Source of the DNA: an uncultured Roseburia sp.
GTDB lineage: Bacteria > Bacillota > Clostridia > Lachnospirales > Lachnospiraceae
Reading direction: 5' to 3'
Assembly (NCBI GenBank): GCA_947088345.1
Contig: CAMUGE010000001.1
Coordinates: 85,657-149,656, forward strand
Length of the DNA: 64,000 nucleotides
A model generated the notes under the pieces. The model saw nothing but the letters and a program-made list of their open reading frames with translations, was not told where the DNA came from and searched no databases. A program made the translations under genes and the position numbers. How positions within the stretch are numbered: the stretch's first letter is position 1; each line of letters opens with the position of its first letter. This document shows, in pieces, positions 1 through 8,318 of the stretch.

Positions 1-8
1 GACTTCCC

Positions 9-410
9 ATGAAAAAAGTAATCACTTACGGTACGTTTGATTTACTGCATTACGGACATGTCAATCTGCTGCAGCGCGCAAAAGAATTTGGGGATTATCT
101 GATTGTGGCGCTCTCCACAGATGAATTTAACTGGCAGGAAAAACAGAAAGTATGCTATTTTAATTTTGAGGAGAGAAAACGGCTGTTAGAGGCGATACGT
201 TACGTCGATCTTGTGATTCCGGAAAACTGCTGGGAGCAGAAAGTAAACGACGTAAAGGAGTTTCGTGTGGATACGTTTGTGATAGGGGACGACTGGGAGG
301 GGAAGTTTGACTTTTTAAAGAGTTATTGCGAGGTCATTTATCTGCCGCGGACTCCTGAGATCTCCACAACGCAGATCAAAGAAAATCTCAAAAATAAGGG
401 ACGGGGATAA
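9..410 (+). CDS. tagD: Glycerol-3-phosphate cytidylyltransferase
   Basis: VITYGTFDLLHYGH (HxGH), LEAIRYVDLVIPE, GDDWEGKFDFL and RTPEISTT are typical TagD motifs. Confidence 0.95.
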   Translation: MKKVITYGTFDLLHYGHVNLLQRAKEFGDYLIVALSTDEFNWQEKQKVCYFNFEERKRLLEAIRYVDLVIPENCWEQKVNDVKEFRVDTFVIGDDWEGKFDFLKSYCEVIYLPRTPEISTTQIKENLKNKGRG

Positions 411-1654
411 TGGCCGGTTTAAAGTGGAAAATCAGGCAGTGGCTTAAAAATTATATCAAACTGCCTCTTGAAAAACGATACAAGAGCCGATACCGAATTA
501 TTTATCTTGGAGAGGGCGCAACGGAGCGGCTGCGCGGAGGATCATTGATTCGGACAGAACGGATTTTCCGGGAGGAATACGCCGCAGAATGGCAGTTGAT
601 GGTGCGTCAGGCGGCGTTCCGATATTCCCGTGCGAAGAGGCGCTACAGGCGGAAAGGCGCTGAATTTGTGGGATATTATGCAAGAAGAAAAGACGGTGTC
701 TGGAAATGGTATGCGACAGATCGAAATTGGTATTCAAGTACCGAATATGCACAAAATCCGTCGCTGAAAAAGCGTTTGTTTTGTGCAGGGGACCGTATCG
801 GAGAGATTGACTGCGGCGGCAGCGTGTATCTTTGCGCGCAGTGGCGCTGTGCGTCAGATAAAAAGCCGATGCCCGCCGGTTATGATATCTTTTGTCATAC
901 GCTTCTTGCGCATGCGCTTGGCGGCGGACAGGTCAGGCAGACTTATGCGAATACGCTTGAAGCATTAGAAGAGTCTTACCGCGCAGGGATTCGATATTTT
1001 GAGGTTGATGTTGATGTGACTTGCGACGGGAGGATGGTGTTGAGCCATGGCTGGAGTGAGAGGGCATGTGAAAAGACCGGAATGCAGTATCAGCCGGAAT
1101 TTGAGCAGATGACGCTTGCTATGTTTCGGCAGCAGACGATACGGGGCATGCATACGATGGATATTCGGGATCTGCAGCAGTATATGGATGCACATCCGGA
1201 TACCTGTTTTGAGATTGACTTTCACAGAACCGGGGTGGCGGATAAGGTGAAAGTACTGCTGCAGGAATTTTCGGGAAGGGAAGATTTGTATGAACGGCTG
1301 CTGATTCAGGCCGGCGATCAGAAGATTTTTGGACGGATCGACCGGCAGTATCATTTCCGGCATTATCAGATGATTTTGCGCCCGGAGTGGCAAAATCATC
1401 CGGAGAACGGCGTAATTGATTTTGCCCTGGAGCATGGGATTGAGACAATTGCGGTACGTCATGCATTATTTCAGGATTTTTATGTCAGACTGTTTCATGC
1501 CGCAGGCCTTTCGATTATGGTATACACGATACAGGACGACGCTAAGCGGGCGGCGGAGCTTCTGAATATGGGTGTCGACACGGTTTGTACAGATTTTGTA
1601 ACGCCAAAGGAGCTTAGAGAGGCAGGATGCAGGGAAGAAAGGGGATCGCTATGA
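410..1654 (+). CDS. Glycerophosphodiester phosphodiesterase-domain protein with basic N-terminal extension
   Basis: LAHALGG..NTLEALE..GIRYFEVDV..TCDG..VLSH, and VYTI..GVDTVCTDFV at the C-terminus; start overlaps the tagD stop. Confidence 0.8.
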   Translation: MAGLKWKIRQWLKNYIKLPLEKRYKSRYRIIYLGEGATERLRGGSLIRTERIFREEYAAEWQLMVRQAAFRYSRAKRRYRRKGAEFVGYYARRKDGVWKWYATDRNWYSSTEYAQNPSLKKRLFCAGDRIGEIDCGGSVYLCAQWRCASDKKPMPAGYDIFCHTLLAHALGGGQVRQTYANTLEALEESYRAGIRYFEVDVDVTCDGRMVLSHGWSERACEKTGMQYQPEFEQMTLAMFRQQTIRGMHTMDIRDLQQYMDAHPDTCFEIDFHRTGVADKVKVLLQEFSGREDLYERLLIQAGDQKIFGRIDRQYHFRHYQMILRPEWQNHPENGVIDFALEHGIETIAVRHALFQDFYVRLFHAAGLSIMVYTIQDDAKRAAELLNMGVDTVCTDFVTPKELREAGCREERGSL

Positions 1655-2769
1655 AAACACTTTATGTACACATAGGCACACCAAAAACCGGAACAAAGGC
1701 AATTCAGCATTTTTGTATGGACAACAATGAAGTTCTGGGAAAATATGGGTTTTGTTATCCGGATCTGTCTGCGATAACGCCGGAAGTCATTCGGGAGAAA
1801 AACGGGCGTTTTCTGGTAGAAGAATTTAAAGATGAGGATCAGGCGGTCTGCCGGCAAAAGGAACGGGAAAAATATCGTGAGGGAATGGAGGTGATTGAGC
1901 GTCTTTTTTTGCAGTATGACAATGTCATTCTCTCGGACGAGGGGATATACCGTTGGACCTATAAAAGACGCAAAAAGCTCTGGGCCGAATTAAAAGAAGA
2001 CGGCGACCGCTGTGGGTTTACGCCGAAAGTTATCCTGTATCTGCGCAGGCAGGATGAATTTTTGTCGTCTCTGTGGAAACAGAATATAAAGATGAGCGTC
2101 CCTCCGGCCTCTGACTGGACCTGGGAACGATATATTGCAAATATACCGGCCAGACGCCAGATTAATTACTACGAGAAAATAAAGTCGATTGCCGATGTGC
2201 TCGGAAAAGAGAATGTGATTGTGCGTCGCTATGACAGGGAAAGATTTTACGGCGGCTCGATTTATCACGATTTTATGAATGCGGTTGGTCTTACGCTCAG
2301 CGATGAATATACGATTGTACAGGGGGAACGCAATAAAAGTTTCGACGGAAATACGCATGAATTTATGCGCATTGCGAACGGCGTTTCGCAGTTTAACGAC
2401 GCAGACCGCGCATTTATCCGGAAAATTTTATATGCGAACTGTGAAAACAGCAAAGAGTATCGATACTCTATGTTCTCGAAGAAAGAAAACAAGCAGTTTT
2501 TAAATAAATTAAAAAGTAGCAACCGCCTTGTAGCAGCGGAATATCTTGGGGAGCCGGATCGGGATCTGTTCGACCTTTCCATTGCAGACCTGCCAAAGTG
2601 GACGCCGGATAATTCGTATATGATGGAGGATTTGATCCGTTTTACAGCGATCGGCATGAGTTTTTTAAAGCAGGAGAACAGGAAATTTCAGGAAAAATGC
2701 GATCATATGCAGCGGCAGATTGAAGAAATGAAAGCGCTTTTGAAAGAGAAAGAGAACAAAGAGGAATAG
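1651..2769 (+). CDS. Sulfotransferase-like P-loop protein (surface glycopolymer modification)
   Basis: LYVHIGTPKTGT (5'-PSB-like) and YLRRQDEFLSS (3'-PB-like); ATG 1651 overlaps the upstream stop (ATGA). Confidence 0.7.
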   Translation: MKTLYVHIGTPKTGTKAIQHFCMDNNEVLGKYGFCYPDLSAITPEVIREKNGRFLVEEFKDEDQAVCRQKEREKYREGMEVIERLFLQYDNVILSDEGIYRWTYKRRKKLWAELKEDGDRCGFTPKVILYLRRQDEFLSSLWKQNIKMSVPPASDWTWERYIANIPARRQINYYEKIKSIADVLGKENVIVRRYDRERFYGGSIYHDFMNAVGLTLSDEYTIVQGERNKSFDGNTHEFMRIANGVSQFNDADRAFIRKILYANCENSKEYRYSMFSKKENKQFLNKLKSSNRLVAAEYLGEPDRDLFDLSIADLPKWTPDNSYMMEDLIRFTAIGMSFLKQENRKFQEKCDHMQRQIEEMKALLKEKENKEE

Positions 2770-2821
2770 TATCCGGCTGTCTCTGGTGCAGTGTCAGGCA
2801 GAATATTGATTGTAAATATTC

Positions 2822-2850
2822 TTGCTATTTCAGAAATTTTGGGTTACAAT
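2822..2850 (+). promoter_or_regulatory. Sigma-A-like promoter
   Basis: TTGCTA-17-TACAAT upstream of the beta-helix gene. Confidence 0.5.
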
Positions 2851-2941
2851 GGGGATGCCTATATGGAAAACCGATTATGGGAAGTACGAAAGCGGGCAAT
2901 TGTTAGAGTATGGAATCAGCGAAAGAAAACGAGGGAGGGAA

Positions 2942-5212
2942 ATGATGAAGAACAAAAATTTCAGAAAGATACTAATCACAATGGCAATGTGTTCGGCGCT
3001 TCTTGCAGTGGATTTATCGGCTGCAGCAGCGCCGGCGGTTTATGGCGCATGGGCCGGTATGCGGTCGGAAGCGGACGCTGCATATGATACGCTGCCGTCA
3101 GAACCGCGTGAGACGATGCGCATGTCGGCGGGCGCCGGATTTTATGCTTCCGTCCAGGATATGACGATGGTAGACGGCTATTATATCCGCAAGGTCAGCG
3201 CAGCCGAGATGGGGGCAAATCCAAAAGCGCTGCAGGCCGCTCTTGACGAGGCGGGGACGAACGCAACGGCGGCCAGGCCGTACAAAGTTGTGCTTGAGCC
3301 GGGAAAATATACGGTAAATACGGTAATCAGGCTGCTTGGCAATACCTGTCTGTATCTTGAGGGAGTGACGTTTGTTCAGGCAAAAAACGAAGGGTATAAT
3401 ATGCTTGTCGTCGGCAACGAGAGCGGAGCGGAAAAGGGTTACTGCTATGAGAATATCACAATCTGCGGCGGTACGTTTGACAAGAACGGCAATGCGAGCA
3501 AGACGCTGATGAAAGTCGGTCATGCCGCAAATTTCATAATGGAAAATGTTACAATGACAAATATCAAAGACGCGCATTTTATGGAGGTAGCCGGCGTCAA
3601 CGGGTTTACAATGCGCGGCTGTACGGTTTCCGATATGACTGTCACTGGCAAAGCCATTGCTACATATGAGGCGATCCAGTTTGACATTCTGGTCGACAAA
3701 CATATCGGCGGTTATGGCTATGAGGATTTGATCAGCCAGAATATTCTGATAGAGGGCTGTACGTTTACAAATCTCTCAAGAGGGGTCGGAAACCACAATG
3801 CGGTTTTGAATAATCCGATGCGGGGCATCGAGATTAAAAATAATACATTTCAGAACATCAAAAGCCTTGCGCTGCGGTTTATGGATGTGCGAAATTGTTC
3901 GATTACAGGCAATACAATAACCGGTACGCCGCGCGCCATTGAATTTGATTCCGTGATGCAGGAGGGAACTTATTTTGGGACGACGCTTGACAAGAGCTCC
4001 GGTACGCCGAAAAAATATATCAAACCGGATGCAGATCAGCAGATTTTAGTCAGCGGTAACACCATTAACTGCAGCGGTAAGGATGCGGACGGCGAAAGCC
4101 CGACGGTTTGCGTTTACTTGAGGGGAATGGAGATCACAAAAGCTGTGAAAGCAAAAGACGGCGATAAGGTGCCGAAAGGCGATTACTATCTGAGCGGCGT
4201 TACGATCGAAAATAATAAGATGACTACGACGCAGCACGCGGTATTTTTCAGAAACGGAAGAAATTCTACTGTGAACAATAACCAGATTGTGTGCAAGGGA
4301 AAGACGGACTCGGACGACGCGATTTATCTGATTCAGAAGAGTATTGATAATACTGTAACAAAGAACACGATTAAGAATCCGTCTGGCAGCGGTATTTCGC
4401 TCTACACCAAAGCTTCGGCGAAATTGATTGCGGATAATAAGATTACTTCTGCGCGTAACTGCGGTATTTTTGTGGATGCCTGTACGGCGGAGGAGATTAC
4501 GGGAAATACGATCAGCAAACCCAAAAAGATCGGTATTGTTATGACGGCATATTCCGGATCAGAAAATATTTCACGCAATACGATTACCTCGGCGCCGGAA
4601 GGCGGAATTAATGTCGGGGCGACCAACACGGATCTGAATATGTCCGGCAACATCATCAAAAAATGCGGTTCCGCGCAGATCCTTTTAAATAACAACAGCA
4701 CGGCGCAGACGATTTATGTCAGCAAGAATACACTGACAGGCAAATCAACGGCGGACGGGGTTCTGTGTACAGGCGGAAATGTTGTGATTGCAAACAACAA
4801 AATTTCTTCCAATCGTTATTCCATTCTGCTGACGGATAATGTTAAGGGAACTGTTGTGTTTAACACCTGCAAAAAGAATAAGCACAATGATCTGAGCATT
4901 GGATTCGGGCAGTATTTCGGGTATGGTCTTGCGAAACCGGCGTCTCTTAAGGCAAAAGCGAAAGGCGCAAAAGCGGCACAGCTGACATGGAAAGCAGTCA
5001 GCGGGGCAAAAGGATATCAGGTATTTCGTGCGACCGAGAAAGACGGTTTCTATACGAAAGTTGCAACTGTGAGCAAGCCGTCGTACAAAGATCAGAAATT
5101 AAAGAAAAAGACAACCTATTATTATAAAGTTGTGGCATGTAATTACAGCGGCAACAAGAATATTGCGGTTGGCGGCGATTTTAGCCAGACAGTTACATTA
5201 AAAACAAAGTAA
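2942..5212 (+). CDS. Secreted right-handed parallel beta-helix (pectate lyase-like fold) protein with C-terminal FN3 domain
   Basis: RBS GAGGGAGG before ATG 2942; signal peptide; many I.NN.I/I.GN.I repeats; C-terminal LTWKAVSGAKGYQVFR..YYYKVVA. Confidence 0.8.
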   Translation: MMKNKNFRKILITMAMCSALLAVDLSAAAAPAVYGAWAGMRSEADAAYDTLPSEPRETMRMSAGAGFYASVQDMTMVDGYYIRKVSAAEMGANPKALQAALDEAGTNATAARPYKVVLEPGKYTVNTVIRLLGNTCLYLEGVTFVQAKNEGYNMLVVGNESGAEKGYCYENITICGGTFDKNGNASKTLMKVGHAANFIMENVTMTNIKDAHFMEVAGVNGFTMRGCTVSDMTVTGKAIATYEAIQFDILVDKHIGGYGYEDLISQNILIEGCTFTNLSRGVGNHNAVLNNPMRGIEIKNNTFQNIKSLALRFMDVRNCSITGNTITGTPRAIEFDSVMQEGTYFGTTLDKSSGTPKKYIKPDADQQILVSGNTINCSGKDADGESPTVCVYLRGMEITKAVKAKDGDKVPKGDYYLSGVTIENNKMTTTQHAVFFRNGRNSTVNNNQIVCKGKTDSDDAIYLIQKSIDNTVTKNTIKNPSGSGISLYTKASAKLIADNKITSARNCGIFVDACTAEEITGNTISKPKKIGIVMTAYSGSENISRNTITSAPEGGINVGATNTDLNMSGNIIKKCGSAQILLNNNSTAQTIYVSKNTLTGKSTADGVLCTGGNVVIANNKISSNRYSILLTDNVKGTVVFNTCKKNKHNDLSIGFGQYFGYGLAKPASLKAKAKGAKAAQLTWKAVSGAKGYQVFRATEKDGFYTKVATVSKPSYKDQKLKKKTTYYYKVVACNYSGNKNIAVGGDFSQTVTLKTK

Positions 5213-5283
5213 GCGATTTTTAGGGGGCCGGGAGTAAGCGAACCGGAGACAGGATTCGATTTGCTTTTAAACAGATGACAGGA

Positions 5284-5322
5284 AAAAGAATAGCATCTTG
5301 CCCGGATGCTATTTCTTTTTTT
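5284..5322 (+). terminator. Intrinsic terminator
   Basis: AATAGCATC-ttgcccg-GATGCTATT followed by a T tract. Confidence 0.75.
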
Positions 5323-5364
5323 GTGTCTCATAATGCCGTCGGGCCGGCCCGATACAACGTGTGA

Positions 5365-5392
5365 TTGACAGGCCGCGGATATCTGTTAGAAT
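5365..5392 (+). promoter_or_regulatory. Sigma-A-like promoter
   Basis: TTGACA-16-TAGAAT with extended -10 TG. Confidence 0.55.
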
Positions 5393-5420
5393 AAGAGGGA
5401 GAAAGGATACGGGCAATAAC

Positions 5421-5759
5421 ATGGAACAGAGAGAGAATCAGCCGCTTCAGGACAGGAAGAGCAGTGAATGCAAAGAAGCCGCCGATGAAAAAAACAGGGG
5501 CTGCGATTTAAGAAAAATACCCGGAGTGGGCGAAAAGATGGAACGTCATCTTAAGAATATAGGAATCAACTGTATTGCAGACTTAAAAGGAAAAGACCCC
5601 GAGCAATTGTATTATCTGGACAGTCTGCAAAAGGGTTTTTTGGACGACAGATGCGTATTGTATGTATATCGCTGCGCGGTGTATTATGCAGAACATGAAC
5701 AGCATGATCCGGAAAAGTTAAAATGGTGGTATTGGAAAGAGAAAGAACAGGGGAAATAG
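5421..5759 (+). CDS. Helix-hairpin-helix protein (Cdd1/pathogenicity-locus-like family)
   Basis: IPGVGEKM HhH motif, DRCVLYVYRCAVYYA and KWWYWK; start moved to ATG 5421. Confidence 0.7.
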   Translation: MEQRENQPLQDRKSSECKEAADEKNRGCDLRKIPGVGEKMERHLKNIGINCIADLKGKDPEQLYYLDSLQKGFLDDRCVLYVYRCAVYYAEHEQHDPEKLKWWYWKEKEQGK

Positions 5760-5907
5760 ACATTCTGCAATCGGGAGATTCCGGATGTTTGACATTGCTC
5801 CGCTGCTTTTTCTCTACTTTGTTGTGAGCCGCTTTACTTTTTTTTACGATCGAGTATAATAAAAGAAGTCACATTTTGAAAACGGAAGACAGAAAGGAAG
5901 ATATCAT

Positions 5908-7029
5908 ATGGGATATTTAGGAGAAGGAATTAAAAAACTGGGGTTTGGCCTGATGCGTCTGCCAAAAAACGGAGAAGAAATTGATATAGAGCAGACTAAG
6001 GAAATGGTAGATCTGTTTCTTGAGGCGGGATTTACATATTTTGACACGGCATGGGCTTATGCGGGCAGCGAGGACGCGGCGCGCAAAGCGCTTGTGGAGC
6101 GCTATCCCAGGGAGAAATATCAGTTGGCCACAAAAAATGCGGCGTGGATCGACTGTAAGACAAAAGAGGAGGCCTATGCGCAGTTTGACACCTCTTTAAA
6201 ACAGACAGGCGCCGGATATTTTGATTTTTACCTGCTTCATAACCTGGGCGAGGCGAGATCGCATTATTTTGACGATTTTGATATGTGGAACTGGGTACAG
6301 CAGAAGAAAAGAGAGGGGCTGATCAAACATGTCGGATTTTCGTTTCACTCCACGCCGGAGGAACTTGACGAGATCCTGACTGCACATCCCGAAATGGAAT
6401 TTGTACAGCTGCAGATTAATTATGCCGACTGGGAAAATCCGATGGTTCAGTCGGGGCGCTGCTACGAGGTGGCGAGGAGACATAACAAACCTGTCATTAT
6501 TATGGAACCGGTAAAGGGCGGTATGCTTGCAACGCCGCCGGAATCGGTGGAAAAAATCTTAAAAGATGCGGAACCGGAGTCCTCGGCTGCATCTTGGGCG
6601 ATTCGGTTTGCGGCGGATCTGCCCGGCGTAATCACGGTTCTTTCGGGAATGAGCGATTTAACACAGATGAAAGATAACCTCTCTTTTATGAAATCTTTTG
6701 AAAAGCTGACGAATCTGCAGAAAGAGACCATAGAAGCGGCGCAGCAGGAACTGAAAAAAATTCCGCTGATTCCTTGTACCACATGCAATTATTGTGCAAA
6801 AGTATGTCCGAAGAATATCGGAATTTCCGGCTCCTTTACCGCGATGAACTACCTGACGCTCTACCGTGATAAGGAACGGGCGAGAGGGCAGGAGGACTGG
6901 CTTGTGGGAAGCCATGGAAAGGCGAGGGCGACGGAATGTATTGAATGCGGAAAATGCGAGGAAGCCTGTCCGCAGCATATCGCAATCCGGGAAACGTTAA
7001 AAACGGTGAGCAGAGAATTGCTGGCATAG
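5908..7029 (+). CDS. Aldo/keto reductase with C-terminal 4Fe-4S dicluster
   Basis: GFGLMRL, YFDTAWAY, YFDFYLLH, MEPVKGG; CxxCxxCxxxCP twice. Confidence 0.9.
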   Translation: MGYLGEGIKKLGFGLMRLPKNGEEIDIEQTKEMVDLFLEAGFTYFDTAWAYAGSEDAARKALVERYPREKYQLATKNAAWIDCKTKEEAYAQFDTSLKQTGAGYFDFYLLHNLGEARSHYFDDFDMWNWVQQKKREGLIKHVGFSFHSTPEELDEILTAHPEMEFVQLQINYADWENPMVQSGRCYEVARRHNKPVIIMEPVKGGMLATPPESVEKILKDAEPESSAASWAIRFAADLPGVITVLSGMSDLTQMKDNLSFMKSFEKLTNLQKETIEAAQQELKKIPLIPCTTCNYCAKVCPKNIGISGSFTAMNYLTLYRDKERARGQEDWLVGSHGKARATECIECGKCEEACPQHIAIRETLKTVSRELLA

Positions 7030-7084
7030 TGGGGCCGCGAAAGGGAATGCAGCCATAAGAGGCAGACAGCAGAAAGGGAAAAAG

Positions 7085-7780
7085 ATGTCCGCAGGGAGAA
7101 AAGTACGTTCGGCGAAAGCCGTAACCGTAATCGGAGGAGCAGACGGACCGACCAGCATTTTTCTGGCCGGTTCTTTGCACGGCAAAAAAGAAAAAAATAT
7201 CATAAGGCGTGTTAAAAACAGGTTACAGCAGGCAAGGTATGAGCGAAAGCGTATGGCGGTCCAAAAATCAATCACGGCCGGCGCTCATACCATGGAAGAA
7301 CTGATGCTGTATATCAGGCAGCGCTATCAGGCGAAGGAGGCAGACGAGTCCTATCCCGATTATTTCCAGCGGAAAAGACAGATGAAGCATGAGCTGATCC
7401 GGCTATTTGCACCGGAACTTCTGGGAGAAGAGAGAGCTGTACCTCCGCCGGAGGATTTTTCCGATCAGAAAGCCGTATCGCAGTGGCTGCGGAAAGTGGA
7501 AAGCCAAAACGAAGAATATCTGCAGCGGGCGGAGCAGATTCCGGAAGAAATGTTCCCGTCAGAGTATCATCTGTTTTTGATCGAACAGGGCGAGAACGGG
7601 ACGATGGAGCTGGAGCTGGACGCCTTTTATCCCAAAATCGGGATTTCCTGGTCCGGAAAAAAAGAGCGGATGGAGCCGATTGTAAAGGATGTTTATCGCT
7701 ACCTGGGGGTTTCACAGCAGGATATCGAGCAGAAGACCGACCGCTATCAGACGCTCCTTACCGTGCTGAGTGCGGATTAA
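7085..7780 (+). CDS. Hypothetical soluble protein with an N-terminal IGGADGPT (OadB-like) motif
   Basis: 231-aa ORF with RBS; VIGGADGPTSIFLAG near the N-terminus; no hydrophobic TM segments. Confidence 0.65.
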   Translation: MSAGRKVRSAKAVTVIGGADGPTSIFLAGSLHGKKEKNIIRRVKNRLQQARYERKRMAVQKSITAGAHTMEELMLYIRQRYQAKEADESYPDYFQRKRQMKHELIRLFAPELLGEERAVPPPEDFSDQKAVSQWLRKVESQNEEYLQRAEQIPEEMFPSEYHLFLIEQGENGTMELELDAFYPKIGISWSGKKERMEPIVKDVYRYLGVSQQDIEQKTDRYQTLLTVLSAD

Positions 7781-7820
7781 ATACAGCGGTTATTTCAATA
7801 GAAAGGGATGGAATACGGGG

Positions 7821-8129
7821 ATGAAACGCGGCGTTACAGTCTGGAAGCGTATTGCTTTCTGTATCCTGTGTGCTCTGGAAACAGCTGCTGCCGTGATCTA
7901 TAAGACTTCGGCAGCGTATAAACTTGCGGCCAGACATAACGATGAGGCGGTGGATGGTCCAATTTTGTTTTTTCTTGTGTCGCTGGCAGGTTTTTTTGCG
8001 GTGGAAACGATATCGTTTCTGACAAAGAAAAAATTTGTATGGATCAAGCGTGTAGGGATCAGTTTTCTTATTCTGGCGGTTGTTTTATTTATGATCGGTT
8101 ATACAACGGACTGCTGTGTGAAAGAATAG
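7821..8129 (+). CDS. Small membrane protein (about 3 TM)
   Basis: Three hydrophobic segments; same strand as its neighbours. Confidence 0.55.
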   Translation: MKRGVTVWKRIAFCILCALETAAAVIYKTSAAYKLAARHNDEAVDGPILFFLVSLAGFFAVETISFLTKKKFVWIKRVGISFLILAVVLFMIGYTTDCCVKE

Positions 8130-8318
8130 GGATGCGGAAGAAAGTACTGCTTTTGATTCTGTCGGGGTTAGTGGGAATTTTGCAGGCGGGCTGTTCGGAC
8201 AGGGGTGGCCCGGCGGCTTTTTTATTTGATTGGAGTCAGGAGAGGCAGGTTTTTGTAAAGCGCTGTATGTCCTGAGCGAGCATGGAAATATTTACGGGAA
8301 AGACGGTCAAAGGGGAGA

